DNA of 64,000 bases from Balanoglossus misakiensis (Eukaryota; Animalia; Hemichordata): NCBI GenBank assembly GCA_040954595.2, contig CM082584.2:2759344-2823343 (forward strand). The letters are read 5' to 3'. Shown here piece after piece: positions 1 through 14,574 of the stretch. Numbering within the stretch: position 1 is the first letter of the stretch; every line of letters starts with the position of its first letter. A program made the translations under genes and the position numbers. A model generated the notes under the pieces. It searched no databases. It worked only from the letters and a program-made list of their open reading frames with translations, and was not told the origin of the DNA.

Positions 1-19
1 AGTATTAGCATGAGGTATA

Positions 20-2583
20 TTATAATACAATATATGTGCAGATACAGATAGTGACTTAAGTTTTTGATATCTGGATTATAATTTAAATTCCCAGGCGCTC
101 AAATATGGTAAACCTAGCATTTTACCATTGCAAATGGGCGGCCATATTGGGTTGACATTTCATTAGATGGCAATATTTTTTTATACACTGCAATTTGCTG
201 AAAATCAGTTCAATCACTGTAGTAAGTGGAAATATTTAAAGTCTTGTGTATTTTAGCAATCATAAAGCTGATATTACTACCAAAAACATTTTATACAGTT
301 ACTTCTGAACAGCAAAAATTGCCATCATTCAAGTCAAAGTCTCAGATCGGCCCTTTTGCTTGCCTGTGTCGAGTGGATATCAAAAGTGGAGAAAGTTGGA
401 TAGTTTAATTTCTACATGTTACCTGTACTATCCTTGTAGACTATTAACATTAACAAGAATTTCATATTAAATTTTGGTATGATATGCATGGAAAGACTGG
501 CTGGCTATAAATCATGAAAATGGACGCCGTTGCACCATACAGTTTTTACTGCACACACATGTATTTTAAGCACACTGTGTCTTTCATGTATTCCACTTTT
601 CTCCCTTCCTTGCTGGCTTTGTCTATTTCTTTTCTGACTGCGTCTTTATGAAATTACTGATTTTTTTTTGGTAATTCAACTTCTGGCTCAAATAAATGTA
701 CTAGAGCTGGTAAGGTTTCCTGAACATTAATCCCTGTATCTTTAACGCAGGTGTGCAAGTTCATATAAAGTTCATTGGTTAAAGGAATATTATGAGCTGA
801 TAAATTTACTAAGCTCTTCTTTCCAGTTAGAAGCTCTGCTATATTATCAACTACTCTCAATGCTACTTCAATAATGTTGCCTGTGCAAATTGACAATCAA
901 AATATCCATTAGTTAGACAACATATTTGGTTGGGTAATTACAGAATAATTACTTTAATTCCATGCATACTCTACCTAAACTCAAATTAGAATATATAACT
1001 GAAATTATAATTATAAACAGGTCTATGAAATGCTAAGAAAATGTAAAATCTAGGAAAGAACACCCATGGGCATTCAGCTCTTAGCAGATAACATCAGTCA
1101 CTTTGAAGACATGTCACTTCCCAGACTTTACTAAAAAAACTTCAAACTCTGAAGTGAAACGCATCTCCAAAAAATCCAATATGGCAACCATGAAGAAGAC
1201 AATTAAAGCAACATGCTGCATTGCAGGGGCCAAAGTGGTTTGCATGGTTCCAACATAAAAATGCAAGATTCACAGAAGATAACTTCTTTCAGTTTTACAG
1301 GAGATCATCTAAACTTGTAAAAAAAATCTCTCTATTTTTTGCATGGCACCATGGTAAAATATGAAAATTTGCAATGTTTGATCTTCTGTGTCTCGATCAT
1401 GTTTGATCTAATTTTCACGAAATTTTCAGATTATATTACAATATATGTGCAGATACAGATAGTGACTTAAGTTTTTGATATCTGGATTATAATTTAAATT
1501 CCCAGGCGCTCAAATATGGTAAACCTAGCATTTTACCATTGCAAATAGGCGGCCTTAATTGGGTTGACATTTCATTAGATGGCAATATTTGTTTATACAC
1601 TGCAATTTGCTGAAAATCAGTTCAATCACTGTAGTAAGTGGAAATATTTAAATTCTGATGTATTTTTAGCAATCATAAAGCTGATATTACTACCAAATAA
1701 ATGCTATACAGTTACTTCTGGACAGCAAAAATTGCCATCATTCAAGTCATAGTCTCAGATCGGCCCTTTTGCTTGCCTGTGTCGAGCGGATATCAAAAGT
1801 GGAGAAAGTTTGATAGTTTAATTTCAACATGTTACCTGTACTATCCTTGTAGACTATTAACATTAACAAGAATTTCATATTAAATTTTGGTATGATATGC
1901 ATGGAAAGACTGGCTGGCTATAAATCATGAAAATTGACGCCGTTGCACCATACAGTTTTTACTGCACACACACGTATTTTAAGCAAACTGTGTCGTTCAT
2001 GTATTCCACTTTTCTCCCTTCCTTGCTGGCTTTCTCTGTTTCTTTTCTGACTGTGTCTTTATGAAATTACTGATTTTTTTTTGGTAATTCAATTTCTGGC
2101 TCAAATAAATGTACTAGAGCTGGTAAGGTTTCCTGAACATTAATCCCTGTATCTTTAACGCAGGTGTGCAAGTTCATATAAAGTTCATTGGTTAAAGGAA
2201 TATTATGAGCTGATAAATTTACTAAGCTCTTCTTTCCAGTTAGAAGCTCTGCTATATTATCAACTACTCTTAATGCTACTTCAATAATGTTGCCTGTGCA
2301 AATTGACAATCAAAATATCCATTAGTTAGACAACATATTTGGTTGGGTAATTACAGAATAATTACTTTAATTCCATGCATACCCTTCCTAAACTCAAATT
2401 AGAATATATAACTGAAATTATAATTATACACAGGTCTATGAAATGCTAAGAAAATGTAAAATCTAGGAAAGAACACCCATGGGCATTCAGCTCTTAGCAG
2501 ATAACATCAATCACTTTGAAGACATGTCACTTCCCAGACTTTACTAAAAAATACTTCCAACTCTGAAGTAAAACGCATCTCCA
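20..2583. repeat. Recent tandem duplication, period about 1413 bp (copies ~20-1170 and ~1432-2583)
   Basis: The blocks are near-identical. The 80-aa ORFs at 654-896 and 2067-2309 are offset by exactly 1413 bp and differ by one residue. Confidence 0.95.
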
Positions 2584-2989
2584 AGTTGCATACACAATAC
2601 TATAATATACTGTTAGAGATTTATAATGTTTTAAGTGAAAAAAATACAGAGATGTAAATACCCCTGCCATTTATTCAGTGACATGTAATGCTGCCATTAT
2701 GCACTGATTGACTCTAGCCACTTTCCCAGTAGGAGGAAAAAGACCATATGCCGACTTCAGCATAAAAATCTCAGTTTACTCTGGCTAATTATATTGGAGT
2801 TCTTATCAGTGTTTCGGGACGCTTAGATGATAATCGTTGAAATGGACAACACCAACATATGACGTTAACAAGCGGGAAGAAACAAAAGTTACTCAGTTTT
2901 TGGCATTTTATTTTTATTTGCAAGACCGAGAAATTAAAATATGACAAGTTTAGAAATCAATCAGATTATACAGCATGTCCCACTTTGAA

Positions 2990-3500
2990 TGGTGGCCATA
3001 TTGGATTCTGAACTCCCTAGTAATATAAACATATAGTGTACTTAGTGAGTCTCAGTATAGGGTAATCAACACAATCAGACAAAACTTGGGTTACCCATTG
3101 GAATATTCCTATCAAATTTCAAAGCAATCCCATATGCAGTTTCAGAAAAATCAGTATTTTCTCCAAAATTGTATAATATCTTACTTCAATCGCTTCAGGG
3201 AACATGCCTACCAAAGCTCAAGGCGATCTGACATGCAGTTTGAAAGAAAATAATTTTTGATGAAAAATTCCACAACTTTCACACAAAACGCAAATATGTA
3301 AATTTCAAGTATTTTTTTTAAACATCTCATTTAATTATCCCCAAGGAACAAGCCTACCAAATTTGAAAGCAATCTCACAAGCGGTTTTAGAGGAAACAAT
3401 TTTTGACCAAAAATGGCAAAAATTGCTACAAAATTATAAATATGCACATTTTTCATCAACCAGGTTTTCATCAACTGGGACCACACATACAAAAGTATGC
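2990..3500. repeat. Fragment of a dispersed repeat with internal subrepeats; related fragments at ~6610-7200 and ~51330-51960
   Basis: The motifs CCTACCAAATTTCAAAGCAATCTGACAAG and TTTTGACCAAAAATGGCAAAA recur at all three places. Boundaries are approximate. Confidence 0.7.
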
Positions 3501-6500
3501 TTCCAAGCAACACGACTCTAGGAGAAAAAATCCTTGTCGCCCTGGTCAAAAAATTGGCTTATACTAAAACATCAAATCGGTTATCTCTCAAAGCTAAAAG
3601 GGTTATCACCAAACAGATTACAATGCCTAAGTTAAAATGTTTAAGACATTTTCTTTAGTTGTGGTTTTGGTTTTATCGGTTTTCCCAATAAAAATTAGGA
3701 TAATTTTTTAAGTATGCCAACGGAGAGGTGGAAATCTCACCAGAAAAGCGAAAATACACCAACCACGTTTAAACCGTAAAATTAAAAAAAAAACACCTGC
3801 AAACACCGAGGTGACTCATATAAAAACCTCAAAGAACGTATGGAATTATGTATGGAAAAATACCGTGGTTTCCTGACCTTCCGCTAAACAAAGACTATAC
3901 GTATGGAACTATCGTTCCGTCCACCAGCAAAGAGACTTTCCAGAGAAAAACGTTCTACCCGTACCTTATGTCGCCATAGTGACGTGCCATTTTGCCACAA
4001 CCGTTCGACAGTATGGTCGACTATTTTGACACTAAACATCCTGCAGCGCTGCCATCCTTTTCAATCTCACAAACTGGCCCTACGTGCGCTTAGGCAAGAG
4101 GCCTAGCAATAAAATTCTCACAAAATATAACCCTATAAATATGACTAGACTTTCTCGATTATGACTTCCTGGTCTCCTGATTCGGGAGCCAGCGCAGCCA
4201 TACCCAGAATAGCCGAGAGGCTAGCTGCACGCCCGTAGCTCGGAATTGTTTCTGGAATTAAACCTACTTCTGTTCAACTACAAGGTGTTGTACGGATAGC
4301 TGCAAGTCACCCAATACCAGACAAAACAATCGAGTGACGGTAACATAGCTAAATAGGCTATTGTACTAAAAGCAATGATTCGATTATGAGCCTACCGAAA
4401 AGACGTCTTGATCCCGCGGCAAGTAGAAGGAAAGTGGTCGAAACCCGGCGTCGCACACCGGAAACGGATCAATGATCACCTGTTGTTATGGTGAGTAGAA
4501 CGTGTTACCCAATCACAGACCAAAGTTAGCATTACGACACACTAATGAATATGCATACATGCTACAGCTGCATATTTTATTTCTTTAGAACGCTCTGGAA
4601 CATGCTCGCATTCGAAAGAATATCTCATTTGCTTTTTGAGTGTGAGTGCCTCATTGTCTACACAATAAAATCGGGGGGGGGGGGGGGCACAGTGGGTAAT
4701 TTCTACCACAGCCACGCATTTCAAACCAGGCAAGCGAACTGCAAACTTCCGATGTCTGAGCAACGGGTTTGATGTGCCTTGTGTTGTGAACACTTATTCG
4801 ACTTCGAGGAAACAGAGCTATAATACTTCCTAATGTGTTTCTCTTTCTGTGTCATTTTGGTCAGTCAGACCACGATACCCGAGATCGTAAACTGCTTGGG
4901 TTAGGTCGCTTAGGAGGCTGCAACTGCGGCCACAGGTCATGTCGGTGTGTGTTGTAAACAAACATGGTAAATGCCTCCCGCACAGCAACACGCTCGCTCT
5001 ACCAGCAGTCACTGTGCTCTACCGTACTGTCGATCGTTTCCATGTCAGTTTCACGTTGGCTCGTTATAATGTCCCTATGCTTATCGTAATCTCGGGATCG
5101 TAATTATTATTTTATTATTATTATGATTATTATTTATCTTTATTTCAGACACAACCGTCCATAGAAATAGGTTACAAAAACTGACAAAAACACTAGAAAA
5201 GTAATAAATAAAATAAATGTAAAAAATATAATAGTTTTAAGAATCAATGTAAAATGTCAATCCAGTGGGTATGTAGTCCATAAAAGCGCATATCTCATGA
5301 GACAAGACGATTGATCAAAACATTGGGACTAGTACAGAGACGAACAGAAAAATTAAAAGCGACTTTTCTTCTCATGACGGAGAAGCAGTTTACGGCGTTT
5401 AGAACAAATATTTTAGAGGCACTTTCGTGTCCGGGTGACCAAGAAGTCTTCGAAGTGCATTGTTGTGACATACGATGATATTCCGGATATTATAATCGCA
5501 CCATAAATGAAAGTCATAAATGTTATTACAAAAAGCATTAAATAAACGCAATTTCACATCGACAGAACACGAATTGAACTTTCTCAGGAGAAAATTAGGC
5601 CTAGCCCTTCCACATGTTATGTATTCGTGTTATGATAGTCCCACTGATCTGACAACACGCTCGCTTTTATTGTGGCCTTTTGTCCCGTTCGCCAGCACTG
5701 TGTATAGGCCTGCGTTTTCCGTTAACAGACTATCCCGTTCGCCAACTTTACTGAACTGCAAATTGAAGAATCGGTTTGCAGCTAGGACGAAACGGCCGGG
5801 GTCGCGTACATTAAAGGCCGAACCAATAAGAATAAGTGCCGTAACGACTTGTTACCGACTGGGACGGCTACGAGCCAAGAGCATATTGCAGCTCAGTGTG
5901 GCAGGGCCGGTGGTGTGTCTTACGGGCGATGTCTCCACACACTGTACTGCTCTGTTTGATAAGAGTGTCCAAGCTTCGGACCACGGTCATGTTCGGACTT
6001 ATGTCTTAACTTTGCTTTGTAAACACATTACCAACGTACAACCCCTCCATGTTTGCAGAGAAATTAGATGAAGTCACATGGCGGAGTTCTCATCCTATCG
6101 GGATGCGTTTATCTCTGAATCGGCTGCTTTTCCATCGTCGAGTTTGATTTCATGTCCGATTCATAGTCGAGTTTTATGATGATCCCTGATTGATATATAT
6201 TTTTTTCGGGCGCGCCGGGGGGGGGGGGGGGGGGTTCCATGGGATTGATAATTCGAGGCAGGAGAAGAAATATGTCGACAGCGCAAATTGCCATTTTCTC
6301 GCTTTGTTTCGTCGATTTTGACAACTTCGCTCTGCATTGGTCGAGTGGTCTTAAATTTTACCCATCTAACAAAACAACTTTGTAGTCTATAAAGTGCTCC
6401 CAGCTGGAATAAACGTCGATTCAATTCGATTCATCATGAATTTGATCAAATTTTCTAAAAAACTCACTTGCGGGCGCTGCTCTCAATGAAAGCAGGTAAC

Positions 6501-9500
6501 GTAACACAAACTGGTCGTTTTTTCATACTTGTGCTATATTAAAGTAGGAAGCGTGGCCAACGTTTGGACTTAATTTGTTGTTATTGACCTAATACCACAC
6601 GAGCTGATATGACCTAATTTCAAAAAACTGTCCCAAAACTGCCAAACTCAAATATTCAAACATCACCATAATTGTACAATATCTTACATCAATCAGTATA
6701 AGGAACATGCTTACCGAAGTTCAAAGCAATCTAACAAGTGGTTTCAAGGACAAAAACTTCTGACGAAAAATTGCAACAGTTAGGCCCTACCTCAAGAACA
6801 TAAATATGCACATTTCAGCAAAAATTTAACACAACTCACAATTGCTTAACCCTGAAAACATGCCTACCAATTTTCAAAGCAATCTGACAAGCGATTTCCG
6901 AGAAAACGAATTTTGACCAAAAATTGCAAAATTTGGCCCATAATTACAAATACGCAAACTTAGCAACAATTTGAAAAAAAAAACAAAGATCACCTATAGG
7001 AAGCTTTATAATTATACTGAATTTTTTTTAGAGAAATCGACCAATCACTTTCATAGAAGATGTGGAAAAAATGACAAAAGTCATAAAAAGTAGAAAATTC
7101 ACGATATAAGGTCAAAACTTATAGAGCTCTGTGATGTTGGCAGAAGATATATGCATACCAATTTTCAAAGAAATCTGACCAGTAGTTTTCAGCTAATGTG
7201 TCCGAGATCAGACAAAAACAGAGAACAGAACAGCCAAAGTGAGAGAACAGAATAGCCAAAACTATCACCAGCGCTTAACTCCACATCTGAAAGCAAACCA
7301 TTTGTTAGAGCGATATTCAGGTCCTAAGAAAACCCAAACTTCAATCAGACAGAACATACTGGTAATCACAATTGCCTTCTGATTGGAATCTGTGCAGGAA
7401 AAGCAACAACAAATACTGATCCTCACCTGAAATCAAAGAGACAGACAAAAGCACTCATTTTATCAGAATATTTATTTTAAGTATGCAAAAATCCTAACAT
7501 GATATATCTGTCTACTTATTTATCATGATAGGAAAATTGTTGGAATAAAAATATCAAAGATATTCCTTCCTAATGCTGCATATAATATTTACATACTCTG
7601 GCAGTCTTGTAAATACAATGAAATGTTAGTCAAAAGCTCTTCTTAAGAACTGAGTAATTCTCAGTACAAAAAGCAATGTGTGGAAAATACCAACTTAGCA
7701 TCTTATGCAAAATCAACAAAATTGAGGAATGGTGTCCCCCCTCCCCTTCAGCACTATACATGATTCAACAGCCTCAGAGGGTCATTCTTCACACACACAT
7801 AAAATGAATGGCTGATTACATGAAATATTTTCGAAAGTCAGTAAGTGGTCATGAAAGGCTCTTGTTTTTGTTAAAATAAAAAAATGTTAGGAAATTCAAG
7901 AAAAGTAAAAAGCAATGTATGTGAATATTGATATTAAAAACATGTGATTTTAATTGTTTGGCTACTATGGTCACTGGATAGAAGAGATTAGGACTCGTTA
8001 ATGACTTTATTTGCATTTGAATAGTGAACTTTCCTTTTGACGTTGAACCCCCTAGCTGGACGAGAAAATGATCTAAATGTATCATGAACGTTTATTTTGT
8101 GGATACCATTCATTAATTTACCTTTTTAGGCATATATAAATGCATTATATCTCGATTGTAATTTGAGTGCATTTCGAGTCTATTAAAGTAGTTTTCGTCG
8201 TACGAGGTCTCCTTCACTCCAGTCACTTCCTTATAACAGACTATATTTCTTCACATGCATCTAATAGTTTGATTCTAACATACTTGTCACGGGTGTCGCC
8301 GTTCACCACAAAACACACCAACATGGTTTAAAGGTTTCACAAGACATAGGCCTATAACATTTCTTAACTGAAATTGAACAGGGACATCATCAGTTCATAT
8401 GTGTGGCCGGTCTGGCTACACAGGTGAACTGCTAAATTACGCACATGTATGGGAGTTCACCTACAGCAGAATACACAAAAATTCATGCAAGTGAAAAATA
8501 CAGAAGTACAATTGAAGACTTGACGCAAGTTCAGACACCAATTACTTGTGCTAAAATGAGCCAGTAGAATGCACCTATATAAAAATGCTTCAAGCTACAG
8601 GTAAAGTACAAGGAAAACTAACCTGAAATTGAACATAGACATCTTCAGTTCATACATGTGGCCGGTCTGGATACAGAGGTGAACTGACTAAGTATATGCA
8701 TGGTGTCCTTTTATATCAGCAATCTACACTATGGTGGCGCATTACCTTCAGTTCATTAGTCAAATGAAACATCCTGGTGGTTTGCATATAATTGAGATCA
8801 TCAAATAGACTGTAAGTTCTATCATTACTAGAAAGGTGTTCTCATGAATAAATGATTAAATGATGACTGCAAAGAATACAGGTGTTACATACATACATAT
8901 ATTACATATATATTCAAGTGAACGAATGGTTCGGTCCAAATCCATTGTTTCCTGCTGGAAAGTTGGATGTCTACACAGGGAATTGGGTGAAAGGTGAGAG
9001 TGCTAAGAAAAAAGGCTGATGGTAATTTTCCATTTTTATCTAAATTGAATACATGTGTGGGCTTAATCTTTCCCAATAATGCTGACACACAAAAAGTTCA
9101 TTGTTTTACCAAACTTTCCTTGAGAGTCGAATGAAGGCACTTGATATTAGCACAGAGACTGATTTTTTCCACACACCACTTTTCTCTTTTCATAGAGCTC
9201 CATTCAAATTTTGTACACAACAATGTAATAACATTGTCACTACCCAAGCCTAACTTTCAAATTACAATGTGACATTTCAAAACACTGTTAGACTCCCCAA
9301 TGAACCATTAACTCTGGATCAGCATCCCTTCAAATTAGTGATAGCCCTGGGGTGAGTTTCGTTAATTTTGTTATAATGGTGTTATTTAATTGTTTGGCTG
9401 TAACACAAATTACTACATGGAAGTATAAACATGTTATGTCCACACATATGCTGTAGGTTCAGCTTCAATTCAATTTTCAGCAATCAGATCATAACAAATT

Positions 9501-10342
9501 ATTCCAAAAAAAATGAACATCAAGAGCTGGTGACTTTGTGGCTTTCACATGATAAATATAAACGTGTGAACATTGCCCCATGCTAGAGTGTGATATTAAC
9601 ACGTCTCAAACAACCTACAATTCTCTGTATATAATGAAACACATTCATTATAGCTGGATTAGTTGGTTCACAGGTAATCTGTAACCAGATAGGCTGACCT
9701 GAGCAATCCATGTTTTTGCAAGTGTTTTATTGTCACTGTCATAGTGTGACTTCTTTGGTGTAATGCTCCACTGAACACAAGAGTATTAAAATTGGACAGA
9801 TAAATGACCAATAACACAAAGTCTGTGATTGGGTAATACAAATGATAAGTACACAACTGGAAGATCTGTCACTCAAAGTTTTGTCTATTGCTCTTTTCCC
9901 TGAGGGAGAAATAGAGAGCAATTTTAGAGATACGTTCTTCAGTTTAATGATCAGGCATTAATGAAATATTAGTCTAGTATATAGCTGTATTTTGTCAGCT
10001 TTGCTTCCAAAAACTATGCATGCCACTGCCCCAATAAAGCACGATACCCCTTGCTGGGAATTGTGATGTAATTAATATCACTTTGAAGTCAATCACAGAC
10101 TTTTTTTTCCATTGATTGGTCAAAGGATACATGTGTTGTTAAGGATGAGTACCATTTTGACTTTAGATTAGCCTTGCCTTCACTGTATCTTTACACACAA
10201 TCACCATTGATCAGTTTATGTGCGTGACTTCAAGGGGGATGCTAGTTACATCACAATTCCCAGCAAGGGCTATCAGGTTTTATTGGGCCAGTGGCATGCA
10301 TGACTCTAAATGTTCGTTTTGGAAGCAGAAAAAATGGGTATA

Positions 10343-10554
10343 TACTGTAAAACATGAAATTTTCCCAACAGGAAATTTTCGCAATATCAAAAGTGGCGAC
10401 TGTTATGTAATGATTAATTTTCGCATTCTCGAATTTCAATTCATCATTATTTCAGAAAAACATTTTTTTTGCGACTTTTTAGTTTTCAGGTTATTTTGGC
10501 TCTTGCATGATTCATGCAAATTTATCGCTCGTGAAAATTTCCTGTTTTACAGTA
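10343..10554. mobile_element. MITE with TACTGTAAAAC...GTTTTACAGTA termini; related copy at ~48562-48768
   Basis: Terminal inverted repeats are present, and the internal sequence is similar to the copy near 48.6 kb. Confidence 0.7.
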
Positions 10555-10840
10555 CATCCTAAGTATCTTTTTTTCACACCAGAAGACAATGCATAGTTGC
10601 TTTGTGTATGGCAGACTTTGTATTACGATAGACACTGACAACCAGTTACATCTGTCTCGCATACAAATATGGTCATATTGAAATAAGGTATTACGATGGA
10701 AACAAAGTAAAGCTAATGCAAGAATTAGTACAGAACAAGTCTATTCTGTTACTACACTGGAATAACCATTCTGTGTTATTTGATCTGTTTAATTAAAGTC
10801 TACAGTCTCGTGTTCATTATAGTCAGTTTCCTGTATGAAT

Positions 10841-11125
10841 TTATTGATTCAGAATATCAAAAAGACTCATGTCATCAGCCAGCAGACTACTACTTGATTG
10901 TTGCTGTGTTTGTTGCATGCTGGGTGCCAAGCCCATCTGAGGTACCTGTGGTCGCGGCCGTGGCTGTTGTCCTAGTAACAGCTGTTGTTGTTGTTGTGAT
11001 TGCTGTTGTTGTAAGAACTGCTGTTGTTGTTGCCATGTTTGTTGTGTTGCTGCTGGTTGTTGTTGTTGTGGTGGTGGTGGTGGAATGGTTGCTTGTGTAC
11101 CGCTAGCTTGTTGTTTTTGTTGTTG
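10841..11125 (-). pseudogene. MED25: MED25-like terminal coding exon (poly-Q/P tail)
   Basis: CAG acceptor, then 95 open codons QQQKQQASGTQATIPPPPPQQQQ...SSSLLADDMSLFDILNQ*. The acidic-hydrophobic end resembles the MED25 C-terminus. Confidence 0.7.
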
Positions 11126-12270
11126 CTGTTGAATGCAAACAAAATGGTTTTCTTTTTAAAGTCACTTCACAGAAAGCGGCAATGTATCAGGAGACAGCTC
11201 TCTTTAACGTTCTTCACATTTGTCAATCAGACTGAAATTTAGGGAGGCATAAAGTAACTGTAATTTCGGGTATAGTCGTGTCGTGTCTACTATTTGATGG
11301 TTAATTTCAGGACCCCCATTGACCTAATTAATTATGTACACGCCTAATTCTAGGCTAACCAATAGATCTAGAAGTTTGGATTTTGTAGGACATAAATCAG
11401 TTTAGGATCAAAACTTTTTGACAAAATTTCTGGTATCCACAGCAGATAATCCTTGGCATTCTGTAGAAACCCTGGGAATCGCTTGGGCCCAGTGAACACT
11501 GCTTTCAGCTTTAATTCACCATGTAATCAGATGCAGACATTTTGAAAACAATGTGATTTAAATTCTAAGCAGACTTTTGTTAAAGGGTTATGATCGTCTA
11601 ATGCGCATGTGCCAAAGCAGAGATTCTGGTTACAAAAACTTTATCAATGACACAATTCTGTCTATACAACAGACAAGATGGCGGCAACCATACTCTGTGT
11701 CGTAAATTAGGAAAAAAAACAGCAAATTGAGTGAAAAGAAGAGACAAAATGAAAGTCTTCTTTATATATATATATATATGGTGGGAAAGAAATATGAAAG
11801 GAAGTGAAGGCAGTCCACTATTTGAATGCATGCACATAAAATTTGCAGATATTTGGATTTGATCTTATTTTGTACACACAAAATTACACATATGTGCATA
11901 AGAGTAAGACGATTGTCTGCATTTAAAACTGTCTGACGGAGGTTATCATCAGTGCTTCCACACTGATACCATGGAAAAACTAGAAGAATTGAAAATAAGA
12001 ATGAGACAAGATTTGTTGTATTCCTCTGTCTGTAATTTAGGTCTGCTTTGGGCAAATAGTGCTTTGAATTTATTCTGTGTGACTGTCAGGTCCCAAATAC
12101 ATTAAGATAATTTCGGGAATGGCACAGACCATGTTATTTGTAACATCAAGAAAGCTCCTTTTTTGAGAAAAATGATTTTATTTTTCCCCACATAACAATT
12201 CCCAGGAGTGACACGGGTATCAGTCTTGGTTTTCAAAATATTCACTGTTCACATTATTGTGACAACTTAC

Positions 12271-12489
12271 TTGAAAGTGGTGTCTTAGTTGTTGATTTGT
12301 TGATTGTATATTGGATGGCTGTGCTTGCACTGCTTGTTGTTGTTGTTGGGCTATCTTTGTAATTGCTTTTGTTGTTGTCTTTGTGTTATGAGTTGATTTT
12401 GTCGTGCATGTTGATCTTGCTGATTCTTCAATTCAAGTTCTTATTTTCTGTGCCATCTCTAGATTCTCCTGCAGTGCTTGAATATTCCT
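12271..12489 (-). pseudogene. MED25: MED25-like penultimate exon with compensating frameshifts and an internal TGA
   Basis: TTTTAG acceptor and GTAAGT donor. Reads RNIQALQENLEMAQK, then ELELKNQQDQHARQ in a shifted frame, then NQQLRHHFQ, which resembles the MED25 NxxLRxLL segment. Confidence 0.65.
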
Positions 12490-12752
12490 CTAAAAGATCA
12501 AACAAAGAAAAGTGTAAACAGTCAATCATTGTCATGTGTCAATCTACCAACAGGTAACTGACTACAGGAGCTTCAGCCAATTTTCACTTGGGAGATTATT
12601 GAAATCAATTTAAAGCTCAGTAACTCCAACTTCGGGTTATTTTCTCAATATTTTTTTGGGGTATCAACTGTGGTTTCTTGTCCCACTTATCATGGAATTA
12701 ATCATATTCAAATATTTGAAGGGATTAAAAAGTACATACTGTAAAACACTTT

Positions 12753-13088
12753 AGTGCCTTTCACACGTGCCATCAACGCCGCCCCAGCAGCGGCCCTAGG
12801 GCGGCGTTAATTTGTAAGTGCCACGTGTGAAAAGGTGAGAGCGGCTTTTTTGGGGACGGTGTTGAGGGGTGGGACCTGGGTCGGGGCGCTGCACTAAACA
12901 GCGACTCAAATCACGTGTGAACATTGTGACCTTTAGTCACACTGCTGTGGACGCGCGTAGAGGGCGATGACCCTGTCCCTTTTATATACATGTGCATGCA
13001 AAAGTATTTGAGTCACTGATAAGAAATGTTTACCAAATTTTATAATCCCAAAAAGGGCGCCCTAACAATGGCACGTGTGCAAGCGGCT
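12753..13088. mobile_element. PIF/Harbinger-like MITE inserted into a TACTGTA-family MITE
   Basis: Imperfect TIRs AGTGCCTTTCACACGTGCCAT / ATGGCACGTGTGCAAGCGGCT, T/A-rich flanks and a GC-rich interior. Confidence 0.55.
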
Positions 13089-13387
13089 TTAATTTTTCGC
13101 GAGCAATACATTTTCGCCAAATACGCAAGTGCCAAAATAGTGTAAAAATAAAGTGTCACGTAAATTTTTTTGAAGATAACGATGCAGTGAATGAAATAAG
13201 TGAACGCGAAAATATATACTCGCGAAACAGTGGCCGCTCTCGATATAAGATCTGGAGTGCTGAGCAGTCTCTAACTATGTATACTGATTGGTTGCAATAG
13301 AATACATATCAATAAGCAGGCCTTCTCCGCCCGTCAAATAGTGTTTACCCATCGTACAAATTGCCAAAATGAAGATATATCCCAATA

Positions 13388-13563
13388 CAGTAAAACTCCA
13401 ATTATCCGAACTGACAGGGGGACATTGATTTTGTTCGGATATGCAGACAGTTCGGTTATTCGGATAGCGATCCTATACAAAAGAACTGTTTGGGGGACAT
13501 GACAGCAGTTTGGATAACCAAACAGTTCGGATAATTGGAGTTCGGATAATTGGAGTTTTACTG
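13388..13563. mobile_element. Tc1/mariner (pogo/Tigger-like) MITE
   Basis: TIR CAGTAAAACTCCAATTATCCGAAC with TA on both sides. Confidence 0.85.
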
Positions 13564-14574
13564 TATAGGTAATTTAATGGCCTGGAAGGAACATTTTTAG
13601 TCAAAAAATAGTGCCATGCATGCAACAAGCAGGTGTGTAAAGTGTGTCACCCACCAAGCTCAAGGACGCATGAAATAACAAAATAATAACAAAACCAAAC
13701 AGATTACAGGTAATATTACATATTAAGTGACACGACTTGACAATAGCCAAGTCAGGTACAAAGTGCAGAAGTTTTAATGGAGGGTTCCCATACTGATTTT
13801 ATGTTCTGTGCATACATCTGTAAGTGTTGCATCAACTGAATTTTGCATCAGCAGAATTGTTGGCATGGTATATTGTAAGAAGTAAAACAGACACTTTATT
13901 TCTTTCAGGGTATTTCAACAGGACTTTGTTATATGACATCACATTTTTAAGTGTTTGATTACCATACTACATAAGGTTGAATGTATTTTGCAAACCTGAT
14001 CAGTGAACACAGTGGGGTAAACCTCCATAGCTGCCAAAACGCACATTTTTTCATGAGTTTTCCTTTAAACTTGAATTAATGCATATAAATAGGCTTATCA
14101 AATTTGATTGTGACGGTACTTTGCAATTCGAAAGTCAGCTGGATTAAAGCGGTTCTACCGTTTTTATAGGGGTCCAGTTGACCTCCATGGTGAGTAAACA
14201 AGTATTGTGGTCATGATAGTTCCAGCAGTGCAAATGTTGTGTACACTTCATGATATTAAATATGTTGCTCGGTTGACATAAAAGATTTATCCTTTGACAA
14301 CCATGCTGCCTTTCAGATGGCCAGCCCAAGATAATAGTGGTGAATTTAAAATAGCTGCGAGAACTCCAAACATTTTCATACAAGTAATCCGTTTCCGGTT
14401 GACGACAAATTCATGCACATACAAGGTATGTCGCTTACAGGCATATAAGTTGAAACTTTAGGGATAATTATCATTTTTTTTCAAACTTTACTAGTATTAG
14501 TCCATGCAGATGTAGGCACTGAACTGTATACAAGTATTTTTAACCCTAAATATGAGTGCATTTGCAAGTTTTAA

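Noticed and set aside
5520-6071. 183-aa ORF in a CpG-rich block
   Set aside because: No recognisable motif or splice context; probably a chance ORF in repeat-derived DNA.
6217-6234. Long G homopolymers (also ~4673, ~39351, ~51003) as functional G-quadruplexes
   Set aside because: They are scattered with no positional pattern, and homopolymer lengths are unreliable in assemblies.
8880-9950. Short minus-strand exon-like stretches
   Set aside because: Multiple stops, no consistent splice phases and no recognisable protein family.
10780-11242. Val/Leu-rich plus-strand ORFs that look like membrane proteins
   Set aside because: They are the antisense reading of the CAA-rich MED25-like terminal exon.
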